Part shown: piece by piece, positions 1 through 7,841 of the stretch | How the letters are laid out: each line of letters opens with the position of its first letter | How positions within the stretch are numbered: the stretch's first letter is position 1 | Origin: Candidatus Eiseniibacteriota bacterium | GTDB taxonomy: Bacteria > Eisenbacteria > RBG-16-71-46 > JABDJR01 > JAWXBZ01 | Direction: 5' to 3' | Assembly: GCA_034440375.1 (NCBI GenBank) | Contig: JAWXBZ010000221.1 | Location: 1-13,470 of the forward strand | Length of the DNA: 13,470 nt | Position numbers and translations under genes: made by a program | The notes under the pieces: generated by a model | The model's input: only the letters and a program-made list of their open reading frames with translations | Told to the model about the DNA's origin: nothing | Database searches by the model: none

Positions 1-1
1 C

Positions 2-256
2 ATCGGGTTTTCCGAGAAGATCACAAGGATGGGTGGCCTGGCATCGCTGGAAATCGATTACGCGGACCATGCCGCGGAGATGGCGCGGGCGGCCCGCGCG
101 ATGGCCGGGTCTACAAGCCGCCGGGTCGGCGGACCAATTCGTTTCCCACGCAGTTTTCGCTGGGTGGTGAATACGGGCACGGCGCGAACCCTGGGTATCA
201 GTATCCCGGGCGAGATACTTTCCGCCGCCACCGTGTCGGGGGGCGCGGCGCGATGA
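2..256 (+). CDS. Partial (5'-truncated by window) ABC-transporter-type substrate-binding/sensor partner protein, ABC_sub_bind-like C-terminus
   Basis: The frame is open from base 2 (IGFSEKITRMGGLASLEIDY...). The ending 'GGLASLEIDY...FRWVVNTGTARTLGISIPGEILSAA' resembles the 'G.L.s...d.....iN.k.A..lGi.ip..ll..A' C-terminus of ABC_sub_bind proteins. The stop overlaps the next start (ATGA, 253-256). Confidence 0.7.
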   Translation: MGFSEKITRMGGLASLEIDYADHAAEMARAARAMAGSTSRRVGGPIRFPRSFRWVVNTGTARTLGISIPGEILSAATVSGGAAR

Positions 257-2211
257 ATTTTTCGAAAGGAACTGTCCCGACCCGGAGATACGGATCGCCC
301 GGCTTTCGAATCATCCTGATCGTGTCGAACATCCTCCTCGGCCTTCTTTTCATGGGTACGCTGGCAACGGTGATCGGCATTCCCGTCCGCAGCTCGCTCA
401 TGGACACGCTCGTGCGCCGGGGCGCATCGTACGCCGCTGATCTGGCCGGCCGTGGCCGGCTGGCCCTGGCGGTCGGCGACACCCTCCGGCTGGCCACCGA
501 CGCGCGCGCACTGCTCCAGGACGAGGAAATCGAGCGGATTATCTATCGTGGCGCCGACGGGGCGATCATGCTTCGAATCGAGGGGCGGGGCTCCCGCCAT
601 GCGCAGCTCCCCGGCACTGAGTCGATGGCCTCATCGGCCCGGATCAAGTTGACGGCCAGTTCAGATGGCGATCTCTTTTTGCACGAAGCGGGTGCTGACG
701 AATTTCGCGGCAGCCGACTCGGCTCGGTCGAAGTCGTCATGAACACGCACCGAATCGTGATCGGTCTTGTCCGAACGACCATGCTTGTCATGGTGCTTCT
801 CGTTTCAGGTCTCATCCTCCTGGTCCGCGCCGCAATGCGCCGATTTGTCGATCCGGTCATCCGCCTGGCCGAGGCCGCCCAGCAGGTGAGAAACGGTGTG
901 CTTGACATCCGAGTGGCCGAAACGGCGCCGGCCGAACTCGGACAGCTCGAAATGGCCTTCAACCGGATGGTCGAATCGCTCACCGAACAGGAACAGTCGC
1001 TGCGAGCCAAGAATGACGAGTTGGAGGATTCACTCCGGCAGACGGAGTCGCTCGTCGAGGAGCTGAAACAGACCCAGGACGCCATGGTCCGTTCCGAGAA
1101 GCTTCGAGCCATCGGCGAGATGGCCTCCGGCGTGGCACACGGATTCAACAACGTGCTGGCGGCGATCACCGGCCGCACTCAGCTCATGGAGCTGAAACTC
1201 CAGAAGGGTCAGCTCGATGAGGAATACCTGAGGCGCGGTCTGGACATCGTCCGGCAGGCGGCTTCCGACGGGGCCCGCACGGTGCAGCGGCTGCAGCAAT
1301 ACACCCGTGGAGCACTGCAGAAGGAACTCGTGGGCGTCGATCTCGAAAAGTTGACGCGGCAGGCCATCGATATGGCCCGTCCGCGCTGGAGCGTCTCGGA
1401 TCTGGGGCGGATCGGCACAATCGAGGTCCGGACATCATTCCATTGCGGTGGGCTCGTAGCGGCCGACGAGAGCGACCTGCGCGAGGTGATCCTCAATCTG
1501 TTGTATAACGCCGCGGACGCCATGCCGGGCGGTGGCACGCTGACCCTGGCCACCGAGCCCCGGGGGGAACGGACAGCATTGACCATCACGGACAGCGGCG
1601 TTGGGATGGTGCCCGAGGTCATGCGCCGTGTCTTCGATCCATTTTTCAGCACCAAGGGGGTCAAGGGAAACGGCCTGGGCCTGTCAATCGTATCGGGCAT
1701 CGTCAAGCGATTCGGTGGCGAAGTGCATGTCACCTCCGAGCCGGGCAAGGGGAGCCGGTTCACGGTATTGCTTCGTCCGTGGGAGGAGCGATCCGCCATA
1801 CCGACTGCCCCGGCAACCGATCGTGCCCCGAAAGAGGCCTCACGCGCGGTTGTCGCCTGCCTGATTGCCGACGACAACACGACGGCGCTGGAAAACCTGC
1901 GTGAAATCCTCGAGTCACTCGGCCATCGGGTGACAGCCCTCGAGACTGGCCGCGCGGCCGTCGACGCGCTCCGGGACGGCCACTTCGACCTGGTCATCAC
2001 GGACCTCGGGATGCCCGAAGTCAACGGCTGGGATGTGGCCAGTGCGGCGCGCCTGGCCAACGGTTCGCCCCCGGTTGTCCTTTGTACCGGCTGGGGGGAT
2101 ACCCTCGACCCGTCCGATTTCGACTCTCGCGGCGTCTGGCGATCGCTGACAAAGCCCTACACCGTGAGCCAGATCGAACGTATTCTCGAGGGGCTTCCCG
2201 CCGCGAGTTGA
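253..2211 (+). CDS. Membrane-bound hybrid sensor histidine kinase (TM-periplasmic-TM-HAMP-HisKA-HATPase-REC)
   Basis: Two hydrophobic segments; HAMP (PVIRLAEAAQQVRNG...ELGQLEMAFNRMVESL); H-box EMASGVAHGFNNVL; N-box NLLYNAADAM; G1 DSGVGM; F-box FDPFFSTK; G2 GNGLGL; receiver domain with IADDN, ITDLGMP, LCTGW and TKPY. Confidence 0.95.
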   Translation: MNFSKGTVPTRRYGSPGFRIILIVSNILLGLLFMGTLATVIGIPVRSSLMDTLVRRGASYAADLAGRGRLALAVGDTLRLATDARALLQDEEIERIIYRGADGAIMLRIEGRGSRHAQLPGTESMASSARIKLTASSDGDLFLHEAGADEFRGSRLGSVEVVMNTHRIVIGLVRTTMLVMVLLVSGLILLVRAAMRRFVDPVIRLAEAAQQVRNGVLDIRVAETAPAELGQLEMAFNRMVESLTEQEQSLRAKNDELEDSLRQTESLVEELKQTQDAMVRSEKLRAIGEMASGVAHGFNNVLAAITGRTQLMELKLQKGQLDEEYLRRGLDIVRQAASDGARTVQRLQQYTRGALQKELVGVDLEKLTRQAIDMARPRWSVSDLGRIGTIEVRTSFHCGGLVAADESDLREVILNLLYNAADAMPGGGTLTLATEPRGERTALTITDSGVGMVPEVMRRVFDPFFSTKGVKGNGLGLSIVSGIVKRFGGEVHVTSEPGKGSRFTVLLRPWEERSAIPTAPATDRAPKEASRAVVACLIADDNTTALENLREILESLGHRVTALETGRAAVDALRDGHFDLVITDLGMPEVNGWDVASAARLANGSPPVVLCTGWGDTLDPSDFDSRGVWRSLTKPYTVSQIERILEGLPAAS

Positions 2212-2277
2212 GGCGGCCTCCACGGCCACCTGAAATGCCTTGCGACCGAACCCGGCCCCGGCGCGTATGCTCCTGCC

Positions 2278-3387
2278 ATGAAGCTGGTTCGGATTCTGTG
2301 GCTCCTGCTGGCTACGTCCGCGCCGCTCATGATGGCCTCCGGCCCGTCATGCGCGGTGGCGCCGGCTGATTCGATTGTCACGCCAGATTGTGTGCGTTTC
2401 GAATCCCGCCTCGACTCCCTTCGGCAGGCCCTGCGGATTCCGGGACTGGCCCTGGCGATCGTCCGCGACACCACGATCCTGTCGGCCCGCGGCTTTGGAC
2501 TCGCGGACGTGGAAGGAAAGCGTCCGGTGACCGCCGATACGCCGTTCAACATTGCCTCCGTGACCAAGCCGATGTCGGCGATCGTGGCACTCCGGCTCGT
2601 GGAGCTCGGGCGGCTCGATCTCGATCGCGAACTCATGACCTACACCGGGTTCGAGGAACTCTGCCGGGACACGCGCGACGAGGGAGGACTGTTCTTCAAG
2701 GATTTCGAGTGCGATCAGCATCCGATGACATTGCGCCACGTCCTGTCGATGTCGGTCAATGGCACACCCGGCACGAGATTCTTCTATAACCCGGTCATCT
2801 ACTCGTGGGCCTCGCGTCCGATGATGGAAGTGACCACCGAGCCGTTCTCGTCGCTGATGTCCCGGTACGTCTTCGAGCCGGCCGGCATGACCCGCTCGGC
2901 CCGCATCCACCGGCAACTGCCGCTTCGTGAGGATCTGGCCCGCGACCTGGCGCTCCCCTACCACCTGGACGATTCAAGTCGTGTCGTGCGCTCCGAACCG
3001 CCATCTCCCCAGGGCGATGGCGCGGCCGGAGGCGTTATTGCCAGCGCCATCGATGTGGCCCGCTTCGACATTGCGCTGACACAGGGGCGCCTGATCACCG
3101 CCGCCTCGCGCAAAATGATGTGGATGCCGGGAAAATCACCTGCTGGCGCCACACTCCCCTACGGTCTTGGCTGGTTCGTCGAGACGGTCAACGGCGAACC
3201 GGTCGTCTGGCACACCGGACTCTGGGAGGGCGCCTGGTCGGCGATCTACCTGCGGCTGCCGAACCGCCGCCTTTCCTTGATCCTGCTGGCCAACAGCGAC
3301 GGTCTTCGCTGGGACAACGCGCTGGACGAAGCCGCCATCGTCCGATCGCCCTTTGCCAGGATCTTCCTCGAGGAGGCCATTCGATGA
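2278..3387 (+). CDS. Secreted serine hydrolase, beta-lactamase class C/penicillin-binding-protein-like family
   Basis: Signal peptide MKLVRILWLLLATSA; 'IPGLALAIV...GFGLAD...PVTADTPFNIASVTK' (SxxK); 'PGTRFFYN' (catalytic Tyr region); 'YGLGW...VWHTG' (HTG triad); 'LILLAN'. Confidence 0.93.
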   Translation: MKLVRILWLLLATSAPLMMASGPSCAVAPADSIVTPDCVRFESRLDSLRQALRIPGLALAIVRDTTILSARGFGLADVEGKRPVTADTPFNIASVTKPMSAIVALRLVELGRLDLDRELMTYTGFEELCRDTRDEGGLFFKDFECDQHPMTLRHVLSMSVNGTPGTRFFYNPVIYSWASRPMMEVTTEPFSSLMSRYVFEPAGMTRSARIHRQLPLREDLARDLALPYHLDDSSRVVRSEPPSPQGDGAAGGVIASAIDVARFDIALTQGRLITAASRKMMWMPGKSPAGATLPYGLGWFVETVNGEPVVWHTGLWEGAWSAIYLRLPNRRLSLILLANSDGLRWDNALDEAAIVRSPFARIFLEEAIR

Positions 3388-3421
3388 GGCGCAAAGGTGA
3401 CATGGCAGGCCCGCCGGGTCG

Positions 3422-4705
3422 TCAGCGCACCAGGAGCAACTTCCTGGCCATTCCCGCCCCGTCGGCAACACCGGCGCCGTACTCGATCCGGCAAAAGTAG
3501 AGACCGCTGGCGGCTGAGCCCACGTTCCAGGTGATGGCGTGGTGGCCGGTTGGCTGTACGCCGTCGACCAGCACGTCAACTTCCCGGCCGGCCACGTCGT
3601 AGATGGCCAACCGGACCCGCCCCTCCCGTGACACCGTGTAGCGAATGTCCGTGGCGCGGCCGAAGGGGTTCGGAAAGCCTCCCTCAAGCACGACGGCCGG
3701 CGCAGAGTTCGGCGATTCATTTGCGACGGCGGAGGTGGCGTTCGGATCGTACAGACAGCCAGACGATGCGAACGACGTCTGCCAGGTGACGATCAGCGAG
3801 GTGAAATCGGTTGACACCACCGTGCCGGAATCGCGCATCGCGGCGATCGGCGCGATCAGTGTGTCCTCGATCGAGGCCAAGCCGCCGGGTGCCACGAGAA
3901 CTGACGGCCGGATGGCATGGGACGTCGTCAGCATGCAGCTGGGTGACACTTGACCGGTTCGATACCGATCGACGAGGTCCACGAGGCCGACCACCGTTCC
4001 CAGGTACTGCCCGATTGCGGCGATGTTGCCGGCCGGATCGTGCTCAAAGTAGTGATCCCGATCGCGCGGATGCCAGACACCCGAAACCCGGGGATCGTTG
4101 ACGTGATTCGGCGTGCCACTCCCCATGAGGATGTCGCCGCGCCAGAACGCCCACGGGTAGCGCTCGCCGGCCACCGGCACCCGAAAACGATCCCACTCCG
4201 AGAACTGCGGCAGGCTGGGATCCCAGATGTGTCCGCCGATCACCGTTGTCCCGCCAACGCCGAGTGAATCCAGGAGATGAGCCACGTCGGTGTAGTTGTA
4301 ACCGCCATTCTCGTGCGAATGGGCGTCGATTACGGCGTCCAGATCCTCCTTGACGTATCGGAGGAAATTCTTGTTGTTGGTCGTCGCCATGAGCGCCGCG
4401 TCCTCGTACAAGAGCGCGGCCCGGAGGATCTTCCAATCCGGTTGCAGGGTCCAGGTCACGCTGTAGTCACGGGCAAGTTCGGCCATCTCGATGAGACGGC
4501 TTCGGTACTGGAGGTAGCTGTTGCGATTCTGAATGGAGCCGAGCGTGCCGCCCGGGGTGTTGTCTTCAATGTGAGTGAAGAGAACGGTGTGCACCGGCGG
4601 CGGAGTGCCGGCCACCACGGGCAGTGAGGCCAGAACGAAGAGGATCGCGAATCCAGGAGCCAGGTAACGGGCCAGCCGGGTCATCGAGCGAGGTGGGCCG
4701 GACAT
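3422..4705 (-). CDS. Secreted protein with an uncharacterised His/Asp-rich N-terminal domain and a C-terminal T9SS type-A/FlgD Ig-like sorting domain
   Basis: Signal peptide (RLARYLAPGFAILFVLASLPVVA); GGGAGGG SD about 6 nt upstream of the ATG; C-terminus 'FPNPFGRATDIRYTV...VRLAIYDVAGREV...W...ASGLYFCRI...ARKLLLVR' carries the PNP, GxY and terminal K-hydrophobic motifs of Por-secretion CTDs. Confidence 0.85.
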   Translation of the reverse strand: MSGPPRSMTRLARYLAPGFAILFVLASLPVVAGTPPPVHTVLFTHIEDNTPGGTLGSIQNRNSYLQYRSRLIEMAELARDYSVTWTLQPDWKILRAALLYEDAALMATTNNKNFLRYVKEDLDAVIDAHSHENGGYNYTDVAHLLDSLGVGGTTVIGGHIWDPSLPQFSEWDRFRVPVAGERYPWAFWRGDILMGSGTPNHVNDPRVSGVWHPRDRDHYFEHDPAGNIAAIGQYLGTVVGLVDLVDRYRTGQVSPSCMLTTSHAIRPSVLVAPGGLASIEDTLIAPIAAMRDSGTVVSTDFTSLIVTWQTSFASSGCLYDPNATSAVANESPNSAPAVVLEGGFPNPFGRATDIRYTVSREGRVRLAIYDVAGREVDVLVDGVQPTGHHAITWNVGSAASGLYFCRIEYGAGVADGAGMARKLLLVR

Positions 4706-4813
4706 GACATTCCCTCCCGGTTCAATCGTTGCACGGGTTCACAGGGGCTTGGACCGCCCCGGGGTGCGCACGTTACAGGAAGGGTTGAACGCGCCGCGCC
4801 GGTCGGCGCTCCC

Positions 4814-5749
4814 TCAGGGCACGAGGTTCTTGATCCGGCTCCAGGTGCTCGGCGAGATGTTGACGATCCGGTTGTCGCGCCGGAACTCAAGATCGACGAT
4901 CTTGTCGCCGGGATTGGGCAGCAGGAAGCCCGCGTTCAGCTCAACCATCGTCACCGGATCGAAGACATGCACCTGGGTCGTGACGCCGTCGGCGACGTAC
5001 AGGTTGCCATCGATGGGACTGATATCAACCCCGTGCGGGCGGTCCCAGCCGGTGCCCATGTAAATGCCGTTCAGCACGAGGGCGGGGCTGTAGCGATACA
5101 TGACGTTGGTTCTCATGGCGGTGACGACAATGTTGCCGCCGGGAAGGAAGGCGATGTCATTGGCCTGCGAGCCGGCCGGCAGGAACCACTGGTTGACGAG
5201 GGTGCCGCCAAAAGTAATCTCGCTGACGGCGCCGAGATTGAACTGGCAAATGTAGAGATTGCCGTTCGGGCCGATGGCCATGTCGGCCGGATCGGGGACC
5301 GAATACAGAATCGACACGAGCAAGCCCGTGGTGGCGTCATACTCACGGACGTCCCCGGTAGTGAACGAGCCGATGTAGACATTACCGTTCGGCCCATACA
5401 ATCCGGTCCACTGCCAACCACCGGTCGTGGAATAGGTTTTGATGTAGGCGCCTGAGGTGGCATCGTATTCGTCAACGCCCCCGCCGAACGACCCGACCAG
5501 ATAGCGGCCGTTCAAAAGTCCGAAATGAATCCCGAGCTCCCCACTGCCAAGCACCGCGGTGGAATGAGTGCCAATCAGGGCGCCGGTATTGCCAACGTAG
5601 GCACGCACCACGTTCGAGGCGTCGCTGGTCACGAATAGATCGCCGACGCCGCCGGCGGCATGGGCCGGCGCGGACACCAACACCATCGCCAGAAGGGCGG
5701 CGGGCAAGAGGGTCACGAAGGGTGAAATCACGCGTTCACGAGGGGTCAT
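4814..5749 (-). CDS. Secreted beta-propeller (NHL/Vgb-like repeat) protein with C-terminal TWxxIK tail
   Basis: Start moved to ATG 5749, which has a perfect AGGAGG SD (5756-5761) 6 nt upstream. Signal peptide ends APAHA. Repeats of about 40 aa such as 'GLYGPNGNVYIGSFTTGDVREYD', 'MAIGPNGNLYICQ' and 'VDISPIDGNLYVAD'. Ends STWSRIKNLVP. Confidence 0.85.
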   Translation of the reverse strand: MTPRERVISPFVTLLPAALLAMVLVSAPAHAAGGVGDLFVTSDASNVVRAYVGNTGALIGTHSTAVLGSGELGIHFGLLNGRYLVGSFGGGVDEYDATSGAYIKTYSTTGGWQWTGLYGPNGNVYIGSFTTGDVREYDATTGLLVSILYSVPDPADMAIGPNGNLYICQFNLGAVSEITFGGTLVNQWFLPAGSQANDIAFLPGGNIVVTAMRTNVMYRYSPALVLNGIYMGTGWDRPHGVDISPIDGNLYVADGVTTQVHVFDPVTMVELNAGFLLPNPGDKIVDLEFRRDNRIVNISPSTWSRIKNLVP

Positions 5750-6070
5750 GAGCGTCCTCCTGGGATGTTTGTTCGGGCGGGGGCAACGCCCGATCCCGCG
5801 GCCGGGACCGCGAGAATGGGCGGGGACGATCAAGGATACCAGACACGGTGGCCCTCAGGACCAAAATGGTTGCCGCCGCCGGGGCTGTTCAGAGCCCCGC
5901 CGTGATAACCTGTTGCAGGTCTCGGGAGACTAGTTTCTGGGGTCGGACCAGAAATCCGTGGCGCCCCGGTCAATCCTGTGTCTCTCATCTTCATCGGGGG
6001 GTGTTCGATGCTGCTTGTTACTCGCCATACATTTCGCTCCCGCACCAGCACCTTCGCAACGAGCCCTTCC

Positions 6071-6820
6071 ATGATTCGCCTTCTGCGCTCGACTGTCCTT
6101 TCGCTGGGTTTTTTCGCGATTGCATGGCCGCTCGCACCCGGGGCTGACCTCGCGCAGGCCGAAGTCAACTTCGTGGGTCTCCAATCCTGCTATACGATTG
6201 CCGGGCTTCGGCTCGACTGGTCGTCGGATCTTGGTCCGGATTACGTGCTTAACTACCCTGCCGCGCCAAGCTGCCTGAACATTGCCGGCGTCAACGAGTC
6301 GCTTGTCCTCAATCGATTCTTCTACACGGGACAGAGCTGCACCTCCACGTCCAATGTTCAGATTTCTCCCGCGGGTCAATACTCCGGAAGTCCAGTCGCC
6401 GTGATCGACTATCACCAGGTCGTCGACCACCGCACGGGTGACATCTACGGCCTGGGGGCGTCGGGAGCATGGCGGGTGAGCCCGCAGTTCGCGGGGCTTA
6501 CGGGTTCGACGACCATTTACTGGCGAATCGACGTCGAGGTGGCCGCCAATGATGCCCAATGGCCGCTCCGGATCATGCAATCGAACCACGGTGTCATCTT
6601 CACGACCACGACTCCAGGCGGCTACACTGTCATGGGCTCTTCGCCCTACTCTGACATGACCTTCCTGTGGGACTCGACTACGTTCGTGAGTTCCATAGCT
6701 GCGGGATACAGTGAGAGCCAGGGTCGTCTGACGTTTTCCTTCGATACGACCGAGCTTCCGACGCCCGTTATTGGTACCACCTGGGGCCGTCTGAAGACTC
6801 TTTATGGGACGGCACCCTGA
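6071..6820 (+). CDS. Secreted hypothetical protein, beta-rich, with C-terminal TWGxLK tail
   Basis: Signal peptide MIRLLRSTVLSLGFFAIAWPLAPGADLAQA from ATG 6071; an alternative start at ATG 6008 follows GGGGGGTG. Ser/Thr/aromatic-rich mature region. Ends PTPVIGTTWGRLKTLYGTAP. Confidence 0.75.
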   Translation: MIRLLRSTVLSLGFFAIAWPLAPGADLAQAEVNFVGLQSCYTIAGLRLDWSSDLGPDYVLNYPAAPSCLNIAGVNESLVLNRFFYTGQSCTSTSNVQISPAGQYSGSPVAVIDYHQVVDHRTGDIYGLGASGAWRVSPQFAGLTGSTTIYWRIDVEVAANDAQWPLRIMQSNHGVIFTTTTPGGYTVMGSSPYSDMTFLWDSTTFVSSIAAGYSESQGRLTFSFDTTELPTPVIGTTWGRLKTLYGTAP

Positions 6821-6848
6821 CGGCTTCCTAACCCGACGCCGCTCAAAC

Positions 6849-7702
6849 TCATCGCTTCAGCGCCGAGGTCCAGTTCAGCTCGAGGACGAGCGATGGAGGC
6901 GTCGATGCGCCGGTGGGGATCGATCCGAGGAAGCGTTGAAAGTCGGCGGAGGCCGTGACTGTCACGGCGTCCGGACGCCTCTTGGAAAGCACGCGCGGAG
7001 TGCCTGCGCTGAATGTCGGGGAGGCTTTCACCTCGGCGACCAGCGCCGTTCCATCCAGCCCAAGCAGGAGCATCTCCGTGCCGTCTCTCGACCAGAAGCC
7101 GGCAAATGCGCCCGTGGTCGAAACCTGATATTTGCTCCCGGGCGTCGGAAAGGACTGAGCCCTTCCTAAGTCAGCGGGCGCGTCATCGTCGGGGAGTTCG
7201 TGAGATCTCCGGGTGCCGGGCCAGGCGTCCCCACTCGCGCCAGGCCGAAATCCATGAGCTTGGAGCCGGACCGTGTCAGCATCACGTTTCCGGGCTTCAA
7301 GTCGCGGTGCACGATCCCCGCGCGGTGAGCCTTGTCCAGGGCGTCGGCGAGCTCCGCACCGAGCTTCAGCACGAGCTCGGTTGGCAGGGGTCCTTTGGCG
7401 AGTCGGTCGGCGAGGGTTTCGCCCTCGATCATCTCCATGACCAGGTAGTCAGTATCCCCTTCGCGTCCGACGTCATGGAGTACGCAGATGTGCGGGTGGT
7501 TGAGGCTCGAGATCGTTCGGGCTTCACGCTCGAAGCGGGTCCGCAGATCCGGGCTTGATGACAAGTGCTGGGGGAGCACTTTTATGGCCACGTCGCGCCC
7601 GAGTCGGGTGTAGCGTGCGCGGTACACCTCGCCCATTCCACCGGCGCCGACGGGCGACACGATTTCGTAAGGGCCGAGGCGGGTGCCGCTGGTGAGTGTC
7701 AC
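6849..7702 (-). pseudogene. Internally deleted Hanks-type Ser/Thr kinase with C-terminal TolB/PD40-like propeller remnant
   Basis: 7702-7166 encodes the kinase N-terminal part (GAGGMGEVY, VAIK, HRDLKPGN, DFG) and stops at TAG in the activation segment (PLT*EG), before any APE motif. From 7160, a different frame reads AQSFPTPGSKYQVSTTG...WSRDGTE...GTPRVL...RFL...LVLELNWTSALKR*, which resembles the last blades of kinase-TolB proteins. Confidence 0.85.
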
Positions 7703-7841
7703 AGCCGGGTAATTTGTCTCACGAGGGCGGTATCTCCGACGTCAAGTTTCAGCTTCGTCGTGCAGGTTACCACTCTTCCTGGTGCGGAGCGGCATGATGG
7801 GTTGATTGTGCTCCCCGGAAAGCCCGGCCACGAGTGACCCC

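Noticed and set aside
58-2229. Minus-strand ORFs antisense to the histidine kinase (58-600, 543-1178, 1209-2060 and others)
   Set aside because: They fully overlap a gene with complete domain motifs and have low-complexity Ser/Arg-rich translations typical of antisense frames.
2278-3387. Calling the serine hydrolase a true AmpC resistance gene
   Set aside because: It has SxxK but HTG instead of KTG and an atypical YxN region. The family contains many esterases and peptidases, so substrate cannot be assigned.
4720-4790. Inverted repeats in the 4706-4813 intergenic region (GTTCAA...TTGAAC enclosing GGGGC-N7-GCCCC) as a terminator, riboswitch or MITE
   Set aside because: Short arms, no U-tract, no target-site duplication and no recognisable riboswitch consensus.
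5750-6070. Sigma54 promoter for the divergent TW-tail genes
   Set aside because: I found no TGGC-N7-TTGC-like element with correct spacing on either strand by eye.
7166-7702. Treating the 178-aa kinase ORF as an intact small kinase
   Set aside because: It lacks the APE motif and the C-lobe needed for a functional fold, and the downstream out-of-frame remnant indicates a broken gene.
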